A stretch of 64,000 nucleotides of DNA from contig CBDBFU010000026.1 in the NCBI GenBank assembly GCA_965205025.1, forward strand, positions 1 to 64,000. The letters run 5' to 3'. Positions 50,330-60,812 of the stretch are shown piece after piece. Position 1 is the stretch's first letter. Each line of letters starts with the position of its first letter. The stretch is from Candidatus Poribacteria bacterium (lineage in GTDB: Bacteria; Poribacteria; WGA-4E; WGA-3G). A program made the position numbers and the translations under genes. Below the pieces are notes generated by a model that worked only from the letters and a program-made list of their open reading frames with translations, did no database searches and had not been told where the DNA came from.

Positions 50330-53245
50330 TTATGGATTTTTGTTTAGTATGAATGTTTTTGTACTTTGATTTGAAGTGATTTTGACAACATTCGTGAGAT
50401 TGTCGAGTTTCTCGGTATCTACGATTGGTGTGTTGAAGCGAACGGTCCTTTTCATCTCTGCCTTTCGTCCAGATTTTTTATAATTTAATTGGATTTCTGC
50501 GACATCCGTATATAGTTTTTTCGTTTCTGGTACCATTTTTATATTGAATGGTTTTTCCACTTCAACAGTGATATGATCCTCAAAAGTGACTGCTTTACCG
50601 AGAACAGCTGGATGATTCCGTTCTTCGTCTCGTAACAACATTGCGTATGGATTATCAACAACAGGGAGTTCCAGTATGAATTGATCACCCATTTTATAAA
50701 TATAGTCATTACAGGACCAAGTGATTTTAATCTTTAGTTCTGGGTTTAATTGTTTAAGTTCAGATATTTCAAAATTCTGAATTTTTGCGCGTTCGTCAAT
50801 CTCCAATGCATCTCGTAGGAAACTAATTCGTTGTCCTCCATGAGATCCCCTTAATAGATGTGCTCTAAATCTTGCGTTAAAGTCTCCAGTGACGGTTGTT
50901 TCTTGCACTACTTCTATACTCAAGTCCTCTTTTACTGTAATATGGGAACTTGTCAACCTGATATTTGTATCTGCAGGGAGTGCAGGACTCTTTTGAAAAG
51001 TGAATAGGTGGTTTTTGACTGTTTCACCATCAACTTTTTGTATGTCATCTATAGGCTTATCAACACCAATACCTTTTGTTGTTTTAGCATCTGTATTGAT
51101 AATTAGGGTCCATCGGTTCTGATCACTCACAGGGAAATCCCCGTATGCAGTAGTATGAGCAGTAGGATCTAACCATATCAGATCATTATCTTTTCCACCA
51201 TCAACTGCGAGAATCATATGATTAAAATATGCAAGTGAAGGAATTTCATGAATGATTTTTTTCGCTTTGCCAGAAGAAATAAGAACAGGATAAGAGTCTA
51301 TACCAGCAACACGGAGCATCGTAGAAAGTAATGTTGATTTACCTTTGCAATCTCCCCATTCCTCTTCCAGTACTTTCCCAGCAGGATACGGTTTAATACC
51401 CCAAATTCCCCGTTCATCTCCAGCATACTTGATTGTTGTTGCAACAAAATCGTAAAGTCTTTTAATTTTCTCTTTACGAGTTAATGCGCCGAACAGTATT
51501 TCTTCAGTTTTTTTCTCAATTTCTTCTGTAATTCTATCTTGTTCTCTAATTAATGTAACATACCATTTGATTAATTTTTCCCAAGAATCAATTGTTGAAA
51601 AACTAATATTATATGCAAAATCCGATATAGCAGGCATCATCGGTTCTTCACGCAACGCTTCTATATCAGCAGTTTCAAAGATATATGTCCGTGTATAGTT
51701 ATTTTCAGTAATAGTAGGTTCAATTGTTGGTCCAACGATTTGATACTGGAGTTGTAATTTTTTAGGTATATGTGTTGTCAGTCGATAAAATTGTACAGGT
51801 ATATCTACTTGAAAGAAAACCTGACGCCAAAACCCACCTTTCATAACACTTTGGGGATTCTTTTTGGAGTATGCAAAGTCAATTACACAACCATCAGTAA
51901 TCTTAGGTAATTTTAAATACATTAGTCGAGTATTGACCGTTAGACCTGCTGATGTAGCTTCGGAAGGGGTAATACCACTAATAATTTTGTCTTTATCATA
52001 TTCTACCTTCGTGCCATCAGGTTGTATTGTATATGCATGATGTATAGTGACATCATCAGTACCAACGGAGTATGGAATTCTGATTTCACCGAGATGATAC
52101 CCTTCGTCATTATATATTTTTATGACTTTTCTTGTTGAATATACATGTTTGCCATCTTCATCAATATCAAACACCTCTGCTTCCCATAATACAACGGCTT
52201 CGTCCTCAGGATTTTCTGGTTCGGAAGGTATGTTTTCAAGACTTTTTTGAATAACCTCTTCATCCATATCACTGATAAAGTTATATGGAAGTGATGATTT
52301 TGTATTTATTTCAACCTTTTCATCTTCTTTTTCTTCTTCAGTATCCTCTGCATGATTATCACCATCCTCGTGTGTATGCGACTGTTCAGGTTTATCTCTA
52401 TCGTCTTCAACAGTATCTGATACATTCTGTTCTGGAGGAGGAAGAGGAGTCTTCCGTTGTCCTAAATATGTATTTTCAGCAAGTTTACCATCACCTTTTG
52501 CTGCTACATCATCACGTGAAGCGCGTCCATCTCCGTTATCATCAAGATGTGGATGTTCTGCTTGAATTGCCCCATCTTGTGCATACCATTCGTCTATACG
52601 AGTTTGTAACCAGTTAAAAGATTCGAGGATTGATATGGTTCCGTTTGCATTTGTATCCGCTGTGGATTCAGAGAATGAATCCACAAAAAGGTCACCGAAA
52701 CCTGCTTGGGATGCATAACCTTCCCTTAGAGAGCTTGATGTGATTATAATCCTTCCTTCTGCACTTATCCCTTGTACGATTCCTGTACTGTAAGGAAACC
52801 CAAAAATAAGGAGCTGTTGTTTTGCCCCAATCTTATTAATGCTGTCAGTGTATTCCTGTTGACTGATATCACGTCCAGGTAAATTGAACTTAATTCCAGA
52901 TGAGTTACGGGATGCGTGACCAACCATGAAGAGGACAAATCTATCAGTAGGTTGTACCTTCTCTGCAAGTTGAGCAAATGCCTGTAAAACAGCTTCACGT
53001 TTTGCTTCACCCGTGACAAGTCCTGGGATTGAACCTTCATCTTCAAAATGGAAGTGTATCTGATCAGGTGAAAATCCGTATTCCTGCGTTAGCAATTGGT
53101 AAAATCGAGATGTTCCACTCCAAAATTGATCGTAATAAGATTTTTCACCCCCAACACCCCCAAGGATTAGAACGTGATCTGCTGCGTAAGTTGACGTGGT
53201 AATTAATAATATGACAGAAAGGATTGTAATTATTATTCTATACAT
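50330..53245 (-). CDS. Secreted fusion: caspase/legumain-like domain + DUF3857 + transglutaminase-like core
   Basis: Signal peptide; LFMVGHAS…FNLPG; acidic linker; GDCKGKS (Cys), FNHMI (His), WLDPT (Asp) triad. Confidence 0.78.
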   Translation of the reverse strand: MYRIIITILSVILLITTSTYAADHVLILGGVGGEKSYYDQFWSGTSRFYQLLTQEYGFSPDQIHFHFEDEGSIPGLVTGEAKREAVLQAFAQLAEKVQPTDRFVLFMVGHASRNSSGIKFNLPGRDISQQEYTDSINKIGAKQQLLIFGFPYSTGIVQGISAEGRIIITSSSLREGYASQAGFGDLFVDSFSESTADTNANGTISILESFNWLQTRIDEWYAQDGAIQAEHPHLDDNGDGRASRDDVAAKGDGKLAENTYLGQRKTPLPPPEQNVSDTVEDDRDKPEQSHTHEDGDNHAEDTEEEKEDEKVEINTKSSLPYNFISDMDEEVIQKSLENIPSEPENPEDEAVVLWEAEVFDIDEDGKHVYSTRKVIKIYNDEGYHLGEIRIPYSVGTDDVTIHHAYTIQPDGTKVEYDKDKIISGITPSEATSAGLTVNTRLMYLKLPKITDGCVIDFAYSKKNPQSVMKGGFWRQVFFQVDIPVQFYRLTTHIPKKLQLQYQIVGPTIEPTITENNYTRTYIFETADIEALREEPMMPAISDFAYNISFSTIDSWEKLIKWYVTLIREQDRITEEIEKKTEEILFGALTRKEKIKRLYDFVATTIKYAGDERGIWGIKPYPAGKVLEEEWGDCKGKSTLLSTMLRVAGIDSYPVLISSGKAKKIIHEIPSLAYFNHMILAVDGGKDNDLIWLDPTAHTTAYGDFPVSDQNRWTLIINTDAKTTKGIGVDKPIDDIQKVDGETVKNHLFTFQKSPALPADTNIRLTSSHITVKEDLSIEVVQETTVTGDFNARFRAHLLRGSHGGQRISFLRDALEIDERAKIQNFEISELKQLNPELKIKITWSCNDYIYKMGDQFILELPVVDNPYAMLLRDEERNHPAVLGKAVTFEDHITVEVEKPFNIKMVPETKKLYTDVAEIQLNYKKSGRKAEMKRTVRFNTPIVDTEKLDNLTNVVKITSNQSTKTFILNKNP

Positions 53246-53308
53246 TTTAACTTCGCTCCAATTTCGGGTCTTTAGCTTAATATGTGGTTGTATAACCTAT
53301 TTACTTAT

Positions 53309-53770
53309 CTAAAAATCTCCACTTTTTCCACCAGTCTTCTTTATTAATCTTACATCAGATATACACATTTCTCTATCAATCGCTTTACACATATCATAAA
53401 CGGTTAATCCTGCGACAGATACTGCTGTAAGAGCTTCCATTTCTACACCTGTCCGTCCTACAGTTTGTACTTCTGCCTCAATTTCAATTTTTTCATCTAC
53501 AAGTTTAAGATCTACTCGTATAGAAGTAAGAGTAAGGGGATGACACAGTGGTATGAGTTCACTTGTTCGTTTTGCTGCCATGTACCCTGCAATTTTGGCA
53601 GTTTCTAAGACATTACCTTTTTTCATCTCTTGATTGGATATTTTCTGTAGTGTTTCTTTTTTTACTGAAACATGACCTGTGGCAACTGCAATACGCAACG
53701 TCTGTGGTTTCTCACCGACATCAACCATACGTGTATTGCCTTTTTCGTCAAAGTGTGTTAGTTCATTCAT
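53309..53770 (-). CDS. moaC: Cyclic pyranopterin monophosphate synthase
   Basis: LTHFD…MVDV, LIPLCHP, TGVEMEALT, YDMCKA, KTGGKSG. Confidence 0.96.
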   Translation of the reverse strand: MNELTHFDEKGNTRMVDVGEKPQTLRIAVATGHVSVKKETLQKISNQEMKKGNVLETAKIAGYMAAKRTSELIPLCHPLTLTSIRVDLKLVDEKIEIEAEVQTVGRTGVEMEALTAVSVAGLTVYDMCKAIDREMCISDVRLIKKTGGKSGDF

Positions 53771-53841
53771 TGTAGTTTTCAGAGTTTTAGGAGGTATAGC
53801 ACTATTAAATTGATTGTAATTATCTTTGAGTATTATTTGTT

Positions 53842-55479
53842 CTATACAGGATTATCCTGCATAATTTCTTCATACTTTTCACGAAATTTATATAGATAAT
53901 TTCCATCTCCGTGATATGCGTCTATATCTGTTGTGTTCGGTTGAATTACTTCACCGCGTTTTAAAACTGAACTGCTATACGTTTCAATATCAAAAGGTTC
54001 ACCAGTAGACTTACAATATGCATTTGCTCCGGCAACTGCAGCCCCGAGTGCAGCCCCTCCTTTTTCAACAGGAATAACCGGTCTATTCCATATACCTGCA
54101 ACCCGTCGCATAATTTGAGGACTGTCTGTAGCTCCACCTGTTACATATAGTGGATTATCCGTTTGTCTTGTAAACACTTGTGAATAAACATAAACTGCTG
54201 CAAGACTGGTTTCTATAACCCCAGTGTAATCTTCAGCTAAATTCGGTGTTGTGGAATTATTCGGACGGATTAAGTCAAAAGCACCTGAGACAGGGAATGA
54301 TTCTGTCTTTGGTTGCCAAAATATCATATATTCTCCGGGTGAGACAGTGCTTAGTGCTTCTTCTGCTGGTGCATACTGTTCTTTTTCGTACCCATAATTT
54401 GATCTAACTGTATCCCATACCATTGCTCCATTTGTGCGACATCCAAACATAAATGGTCGACCTATCCCGTCATACATTGCATTTGCATATCCTTCAGGGT
54501 CAAGAGTATTTCCATCTGTTGAAACCATATTGACGAAACTTGTACCGAGACTAAGTAGGTCACCAGCAACTGGAACTTTCGCTTGAGGATTGTCCCCCGA
54601 ACCTGCAATGATTTTACATTCATTGTCAAAACCGTATTTCTGACTAAAATACATTGTGATATTTCCTACGACGGAATCTGGAGGCGTTAACTCAGGTAAT
54701 TTGGCTTGTAATCCTTCAACTTCCCCTGGGATTCCATCTGCAGTTGCTGCCAGCAGTTTGTTATCCCATACCTTGTCTCGATAGTTCATGAGCGACATAC
54801 CACAAGCGTTCCCGGTATCAATTGGTACTCTTGAATTACCTGTTAATACCGCAGGAATAAAGCTGCTAATTAGTTGTATGCATTTGGTAGCCTCATAATT
54901 ATCTGGATTCTGTTCTGCTACACGACGTATTACACCACCTGTGAATCTTAACGGTACATCAGACCCGGACAAGTCAATCGTTTTCGCTTTACCACCAACT
55001 GCTTCGCGTATATGATTTGTCTGTGACACGGTATTAGATGTCATCCATATCGGAGCAGTAGTATACGAGAACACACCTGCTAAAAGTGTTTGTAAATCCA
55101 ATGTAGTACTTTCTGCTCTTGAAAGATTAGAGAAAATAATCTCGTTGTTTTGGTTTAGGTATATATGACCGTGTTGTTGCCCTGATGTATTAATAGCAAC
55201 AATGTTTTCTAATGCAACCCCGGCGGAGCGTATGTCAGAAAACATCGCATCCAACGAAACAAGATACATTAATGGTGGCTGTTCTGCTTCTCCATCTGAC
55301 TTTGGAGGGAGGATATAGTCTTCACCGACACCAAAACAATTAGTTCGTTCATCTACACGATAGTCAATGGAATGTTCAAAACACTTTTCTGCTGTATCAA
55401 TATCAATAATGATTGCTGATAAACTTTGTGTGCTTGAATCTAAACCAAGGGAAAGACGATGTTTCTTATTCGTAGTCAC
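53842..55479 (-). CDS. FGGY carbohydrate kinase, xylulokinase-like
   Basis: LGLDSSTQS, SGQQHG, PIWM, RFTG, GSGDNP, SLGTS, VTGGA, AALGAA. Confidence 0.85.
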   Translation of the reverse strand: MTTNKKHRLSLGLDSSTQSLSAIIIDIDTAEKCFEHSIDYRVDERTNCFGVGEDYILPPKSDGEAEQPPLMYLVSLDAMFSDIRSAGVALENIVAINTSGQQHGHIYLNQNNEIIFSNLSRAESTTLDLQTLLAGVFSYTTAPIWMTSNTVSQTNHIREAVGGKAKTIDLSGSDVPLRFTGGVIRRVAEQNPDNYEATKCIQLISSFIPAVLTGNSRVPIDTGNACGMSLMNYRDKVWDNKLLAATADGIPGEVEGLQAKLPELTPPDSVVGNITMYFSQKYGFDNECKIIAGSGDNPQAKVPVAGDLLSLGTSFVNMVSTDGNTLDPEGYANAMYDGIGRPFMFGCRTNGAMVWDTVRSNYGYEKEQYAPAEEALSTVSPGEYMIFWQPKTESFPVSGAFDLIRPNNSTTPNLAEDYTGVIETSLAAVYVYSQVFTRQTDNPLYVTGGATDSPQIMRRVAGIWNRPVIPVEKGGAALGAAVAGANAYCKSTGEPFDIETYSSSVLKRGEVIQPNTTDIDAYHGDGNYLYKFREKYEEIMQDNPV

Positions 55480-55621
55480 TTAGAAGGTATCCTATTAGAA
55501 TTTATACTTGTCAAACTTAATATTTTTCAACCTAATTGTCGAAATTTTTATGATATTTAGAGCATATCTACGCCCTCTTATTCATTTACAATCGCAATAT
55601 TACTATCTACCGAGGAGATAC

Positions 55622-56614
55622 TTAATTTGATGCATCCATATCTTGTATGAACATAGACAGGTCTTGTACACGTAGTGCTATATTGAGTAATTGTTTAAGA
55701 CGAGTGACATCACTTATCCTTTCAATTGTTGGTCGTATTACTTTTACTCCATTTGGATCAAAACGATATTCCAATACTTCCAATAGAGACTCAAGAGCGT
55801 TTATCCTTGCTCCCAACTCTGTTCCCTGCTGTAGTCCTTGATGGTACCGTTCTTCCCCTGTAGTTTGTAATAGATGTTGGTAAACTGAAGATTCTTGCAT
55901 TACTTCCTCCGACAAAAAATTACCAATTGTTTGGTTAGTATGAATTAAACCACTCAGTACCCATTGAGACACTAAGAGATTGTTCCTAATATCTACAGGT
56001 AGAGAAAGAGTTTTCGTTTGGTCATTGCAATGTACTGCCCACCGAAGTCTATCCATTCCAGTCGGTGGTTGCATTAATGGTGCAAAAGGCGTGAGTCCAA
56101 TGTTATTCGATTCAAAGACAGATTTACCATCAAGTTCAATCAAACGAATGACCTTATACTCAACAATGAATTGGTAGTTCTGAATATTCTGCCGATAACC
56201 TCCTGGATCTTGCCTTCCTGCATTAGGACGAAGATAGATAACATGTGATAATATTGGTAATCCGTATTGTTCGTAACACCTTCCAAGGTAACCGACATTA
56301 CGACGAACCATATTCACAGATGAACTATCATCTACTTGGAATTCTATATGTACAAGTACGATTTCATCATCAAGTAATACCTTGATAAGACTATCTGTGC
56401 GTCGCACCTCAACTGTTGTAAATTCACTTTCGATTAATTCGAGAAATCTAAAATCAGATCTTGTTAATACCGTCTGCAAGATGTCTTCAGGAAATGATTT
56501 AATTGCATCTTTTGTAACAATATCATATCTATTATGCGGTAGTTTGGAAGGACCAGTATCAGATTTCTCCTTAATTAAGATAATATCGTTCGTAAGATTA
56601 TAGATGACAGACAA
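55622..56614 (-). CDS. Rpn/PD-(D/E)xK putative transposase-like protein
   Basis: YDIVTK, RRTDSL, LVHIEFQ, VIYL, MQESSVYQ, GLQQG tail. Confidence 0.8.
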   Translation of the reverse strand: MSVIYNLTNDIILIKEKSDTGPSKLPHNRYDIVTKDAIKSFPEDILQTVLTRSDFRFLELIESEFTTVEVRRTDSLIKVLLDDEIVLVHIEFQVDDSSSVNMVRRNVGYLGRCYEQYGLPILSHVIYLRPNAGRQDPGGYRQNIQNYQFIVEYKVIRLIELDGKSVFESNNIGLTPFAPLMQPPTGMDRLRWAVHCNDQTKTLSLPVDIRNNLLVSQWVLSGLIHTNQTIGNFLSEEVMQESSVYQHLLQTTGEERYHQGLQQGTELGARINALESLLEVLEYRFDPNGVKVIRPTIERISDVTRLKQLLNIALRVQDLSMFIQDMDASN

Positions 56615-56664
56615 TGTATTTTATTGCTCTTTCATTTGATTAATGCTTATATATTATGTGACGC

Positions 56665-57624
56665 CTAACTTCCAGGATATGCACGGTTTTCTAATTCAGC
56701 GATGAATTTTTCAGACGCAATAGCTGCAGCTGCCCCAGCTCCGGCAGCAGTAATTGCTTGACGGAATACATGATCATGCACATCACCTGCTGCATACACA
56801 CCTTCTATATTAGTCCGTTGCATTTCGTCAACCATGATATATCCTTGGTCGTCCATATCTATGATATCTGTGAACAGTGCTGTGTTCGGAATATGTCCAA
56901 TAAATATAAATACACCATCAATTGGGAATAGGTTAGTTTCACCGGTTTTTACATTCTTGAGTTGTGCCCCTGTTACTTTATCGTCATCACCGCAAATTTC
57001 TTCGACAACAGTATCCCAAATAAATTTAATTTTGTCGTTTTTAAAAGCTCGTTCTTGCATGATCTGACTTGCCCGAAGTTGATCACGTCGGTGTACAATG
57101 TAAACTTCGGAAGCGTATTTTGTTAAGAATATTCCTTCCTCTAATGCGGCATCTCCACCACCTACTACTATCAGTCTTTGGTCTTGAAAGAAAAAACCGT
57201 CGCATGTTGCACAATAGGAAACACCACGTCCGCCATATCCTTCTTCACCTGGAATATTAAGAGTTCGAGGCGACGCACCAGTACAGATAATCACAGATTT
57301 CGCATGATACTCTTTTTCGTAGGTTTTTACAACAAATGGATGCTGTACGAAATCAACTGTGGTTACTGTATCGAATTTTACTTCAGTTCCGAACCGTTCT
57401 GCTTGCTCCTGCATACCCTGAATAAAAACCGATGCTTCATTTCCGAAAAAACCAGGATAATTCTCAAGATCAAGTGTCAATGATAGTTGTCCACCGAGTG
57501 CTTCACCAGTAATAAGTATTGGTTCCAGCATTGCCCGGGACGTATAGACACCTGCAGCAAAACCTGCAGTACCGCCACCTATTATAACGATATTACGATT
57601 TTCAATGTTGTTTGTATTTTCCAT
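56665..57624 (-). CDS. trxB: Thioredoxin reductase
   Basis: IIGGGTAG, GGQL, ENYPG, GVSYCATCDG, VVGGGD, HRRD, AAGDV…RQAITAAG. Confidence 0.96.
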   Translation of the reverse strand: MENTNNIENRNIVIIGGGTAGFAAGVYTSRAMLEPILITGEALGGQLSLTLDLENYPGFFGNEASVFIQGMQEQAERFGTEVKFDTVTTVDFVQHPFVVKTYEKEYHAKSVIICTGASPRTLNIPGEEGYGGRGVSYCATCDGFFFQDQRLIVVGGGDAALEEGIFLTKYASEVYIVHRRDQLRASQIMQERAFKNDKIKFIWDTVVEEICGDDDKVTGAQLKNVKTGETNLFPIDGVFIFIGHIPNTALFTDIIDMDDQGYIMVDEMQRTNIEGVYAAGDVHDHVFRQAITAAGAGAAAAIASEKFIAELENRAYPGS

Positions 57625-57675
57625 TTTATGTTATGTGCGTCTTCAAACCTTCATATTGGTATTGAGACAGTAGAA

Positions 57676-58509
57676 TTATAGAATTTCCGTTGAAGTATGG
57701 GTGAATCTTGGAATCCCGTTAATTATTGGATACGTATGTTCACATCTATTACAGTGAAGGTTTTGTTCTTCCCTTAAAACCTTACCTTTACACTGTGGAC
57801 AAACCAGAATATCTTCTAAGTGAGTTTTTTTTCCAATCCTTTTCTTTGCTAAAACTGACTTAGCATGTGACACTAATCTTCGAGGTACCATGCTTTTAAC
57901 AAATACACCGAATCCGTTTTGTTTCTTTGAATCGGTTGATGCCAGAAGTTGTTCTATGGTCTGCTCACATTTTAGATCTAAAACGGAATCTTCTTCATCT
58001 GAGATTACGTAATTAATGTTTTCTTCCCATTCGTATTGTATAAGAAACAGATGATGGTGTGTAATATGGAAGCGTTTCCAGTATTTATCATTAACTGCTA
58101 AAGTATGAAAAAGTTGTCCAAATTGTGAATTCTTACTGTTTTTCTGTAATACCAATTGACCATCAATCAGATTAACCACCCAGTTATGATATTTCCATCC
58201 ATAAATCCGTTCACCAATTTCAGATGGGGTCTCAATATATCCGCGTTTTGCTACGCGCGTTAATTCAGCAATTAGTAAATTTGGATCTTCAACATGTTCC
58301 AATACATGTGAACAGATGACGTAGTCAAACGCTTTATCTGCGAAAGGTAGTAACTGTCCATCTGCTTCTACAATAGGTCTGTCAGTGACTATTTCTCCAC
58401 CCCGTTGTTCGCTATCCTCAATGAATTTATCACATAAAACATCCGATCTTGTTTTGGGATTGTGTCCACTTCCTATCTCTAAGACAAAATCGTTGGGACG
58501 AATGTTCAT
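57676..58509 (-). CDS. Class I SAM methyltransferase with C-terminal Trm112-like domain
   Basis: VLEIGSG, LPFADKAFDYVICSHVLEH; C-terminal ILVCPQCKG…CNRC..TYPIINGIP. Confidence 0.85.
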   Translation of the reverse strand: MNIRPNDFVLEIGSGHNPKTRSDVLCDKFIEDSEQRGGEIVTDRPIVEADGQLLPFADKAFDYVICSHVLEHVEDPNLLIAELTRVAKRGYIETPSEIGERIYGWKYHNWVVNLIDGQLVLQKNSKNSQFGQLFHTLAVNDKYWKRFHITHHHLFLIQYEWEENINYVISDEEDSVLDLKCEQTIEQLLASTDSKKQNGFGVFVKSMVPRRLVSHAKSVLAKKRIGKKTHLEDILVCPQCKGKVLREEQNLHCNRCEHTYPIINGIPRFTHTSTEIL

Positions 58510-59390
58510 TTTTCGACAACCATTGTGATGTATGGACTCAAGAATGGGATGATATTTGCGACGATCTTGCCTTTAATACCAAAACCAACTGCTTTTTTTA
58601 CAATGGTGAATCGGTTGATTTTGAAGAACTGAGTTAGATCAATTGGAGAAGCATAATAGGCACTGTCAGCATCTCCACCAATTGCGTTGTCTTGTAAATC
58701 CGGATCCCGATAAAGAAAGTTAGGCGATTTTGTTAAGAATCGTTTTCTTATATAAAGTTTACAATTTCGTAATAATTGTTGCCGTGCTTGTTGTTTTGTT
58801 TCTCCCCATACTGGTCTTCCGGGTTTACCACACATTAATCGAAACCAATCAATTAGTGGTATCAGCGGAGAACACAGATTCGGTCCAGAAAGGACTATTC
58901 TTCCTCCTTTCCGAACAACCCTAACCATCTCATTGAGTGCGGTTTCAACATCTGGTAGATGTTCTATGAGTTCATTTGAACAAATTACATCAAATGAATC
59001 ATCATCATAAGGTAACTCCATCACATCACATACTTGATACTGGAGATTATCGTTTTCCCAATTTCTTGCTTCATTAAGAAATAGCGATGAGATATCAGTT
59101 CCAACGACATCATATCCTGCTTGATTCAGCAAACGAGCTGAAATGCCATTTCCACAACCAAGATCAAGAACTTTGGAAGTTGTGGGTGCATAACGGAGAA
59201 CTAATTCTACATAGTGCTGGAGATATGCCTCGTCGTGTGCATCTAAAAGCCCTTTATAGGTTTCGGATGTTTCGTAGAACTCACGCATTCGCTGCCGCAA
59301 CTGTAATGTGGTTTCAGATACTGGTGTTTCAAACATGCATTTTTTCAATTTTACAAAGAAATTATATCCATAATGGGATGGTTTTTGCAA
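58506..59390 (-). CDS. Class I SAM-dependent methyltransferase (true start possibly 59336)
   Basis: VLDLGCGNG, GTDIS, LPYDDDSFDVI…EHL, RVVRKGG; 4-bp overlap with the next gene. Confidence 0.88.
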   Translation of the reverse strand: MQKPSHYGYNFFVKLKKCMFETPVSETTLQLRQRMREFYETSETYKGLLDAHDEAYLQHYVELVLRYAPTTSKVLDLGCGNGISARLLNQAGYDVVGTDISSLFLNEARNWENDNLQYQVCDVMELPYDDDSFDVICSNELIEHLPDVETALNEMVRVVRKGGRIVLSGPNLCSPLIPLIDWFRLMCGKPGRPVWGETKQQARQQLLRNCKLYIRKRFLTKSPNFLYRDPDLQDNAIGGDADSAYYASPIDLTQFFKINRFTIVKKAVGFGIKGKIVANIIPFLSPYITMVVEK

Positions 59391-59430
59391 TACAATCTGT
59401 GGAAGAGGTGTTTGTTAATGGAATGAAGTT

Positions 59431-59832
59431 TTATGAGCGTAGTTTATTCCAAGGGGGTTGATCATATACATCTATGAGTTGATATCCTTCATCACCTTTA
59501 CTGGGACTTAGGGTAACGAACAATTTTGCGGGTTGGGATGAAACATTAAAGGATGCATGTACTATGTCTGCTGCAATAAATACAGAGTCCCCTGCGTTTA
59601 AAGTCTGCTTCTCCTCTTCCAACCATTGTTCTACACTACCTTCAATAACATAGATTACCTCTTCTTGATCGGGGTGTTTATGGAAGTCATGACCATATCC
59701 AGGTGACAAACTAACCTCCATTGCAACGATGTCTTTTGCTTCTGTTGTTTCTGGACGACTAAGCCATCCAATAGTGCCCCAGTCCAAGTGGTCACGTTCC
59801 ACCTTTGCTGATGAAATAAATTTACCCTTCAC
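59431..59832 (-). CDS. Cupin domain protein
   Basis: HDFHKHPDQEEVIYVIEG, AGDSVFI…VHASFN. GTG start at 59832 is downstream of AAGGAG. Confidence 0.85.
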   Translation of the reverse strand: MKGKFISSAKVERDHLDWGTIGWLSRPETTEAKDIVAMEVSLSPGYGHDFHKHPDQEEVIYVIEGSVEQWLEEEKQTLNAGDSVFIAADIVHASFNVSSQPAKLFVTLSPSKGDEGYQLIDVYDQPPWNKLRS

Positions 59833-59894
59833 GGCGTATGTGTTCTCCTTATTAACTTTGCTAATAATATCTAAATTATAATGATTATACATGC

Positions 59895-59926
59895 TTGTAG
59901 GTGAACTCAACTGAGTTCACCTACAA
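59895..59926. terminator. Perfect 14-bp-stem hairpin (GTAG REP-like) after the LamG cluster
   Basis: TTGTAGGTGAACTC-AACT-GAGTTCACCTACAA. Confidence 0.65.
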
Positions 59927-59951
59927 ATAAAGAGATATTATATCAATTACG

Positions 59952-60722
59952 TTAGTTTAGTGATTTAATAGTACCCCATGTTGTTGCTGCTTTATCAAGT
60001 GGGTCAACAGGGGTTCCGGCTTGGAATCCAACATTCATCTCTCTCTTCACTTCATCTTCTGATAATGCGCGGTTCCAAATACGGACTTCGTCAATCATAC
60101 CAAGGAAGAGGCGACTGGCTCCTTCCGCTGTAGTACCAACATAGACAACCGAAGTATCTGCAGCACCAGGTAAGGCGTTTTTTCCACCATATTCACCGAT
60201 ACTTTCACCATTTAGCCAATACCTATGGGTACCATTATCCACCTGTCCAACAACATGTTGCCATTTGTTCAGCTCAATTTTACCTTCACAGACACTTCCA
60301 CCACCAGCACTTAAATGCAGACATTCGCTTGGTGATTCGGTGTAAAAACTATAAGAACGTGGACTGTTCCCTTTTGAGAGGATACCTTGCCAACGAGCAT
60401 TGTTTGGTCCCATGTGTCTTTCGGTATGAATCCATGCCATGACGGTAACTTCGTTATCAACAGTAAGTACTGGGTCATGTGGAACTTCAATCCAATCACT
60501 TTCTCCGTTAAATTTGAGTGCTTTCCCAAATTTTCCATCAACTAACTCAGGTGCGCCTTTTATGGAACCTTGGTGTCCATAACGTGAATGGTCAATTGCT
60601 TGATCACCATCTACTTCATCGAAAGAAAAATAGAGGATAAGTGATTCATCCCCCTGAACTTCTGCAAAAGCAAAAGAGGTGACAAAAGCCAATAGGACTA
60701 ACATAATAAATAAGAATCTCAT
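59952..60722 (-). CDS. Secreted LamG/concanavalin-like domain protein with TTWG tail (paralog 3)
   Basis: Signal peptide; LYFSFDE, GKFGKALKF, TVMAWI, GMIDEVRIWNRALS; VDPLDKAATTWGTIK. Confidence 0.9.
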   Translation of the reverse strand: MRFLFIMLVLLAFVTSFAFAEVQGDESLILYFSFDEVDGDQAIDHSRYGHQGSIKGAPELVDGKFGKALKFNGESDWIEVPHDPVLTVDNEVTVMAWIHTERHMGPNNARWQGILSKGNSPRSYSFYTESPSECLHLSAGGGSVCEGKIELNKWQHVVGQVDNGTHRYWLNGESIGEYGGKNALPGAADTSVVYVGTTAEGASRLFLGMIDEVRIWNRALSEDEVKREMNVGFQAGTPVDPLDKAATTWGTIKSLN

Positions 60723-60812
60723 TAAATTTGTTCTCCTTTATGTCAACTACGGGTTTATGCAGTTGAATTATTTGATTATAGCGATAGCGTGATGCTATCA
60801 GTATTTATATAA

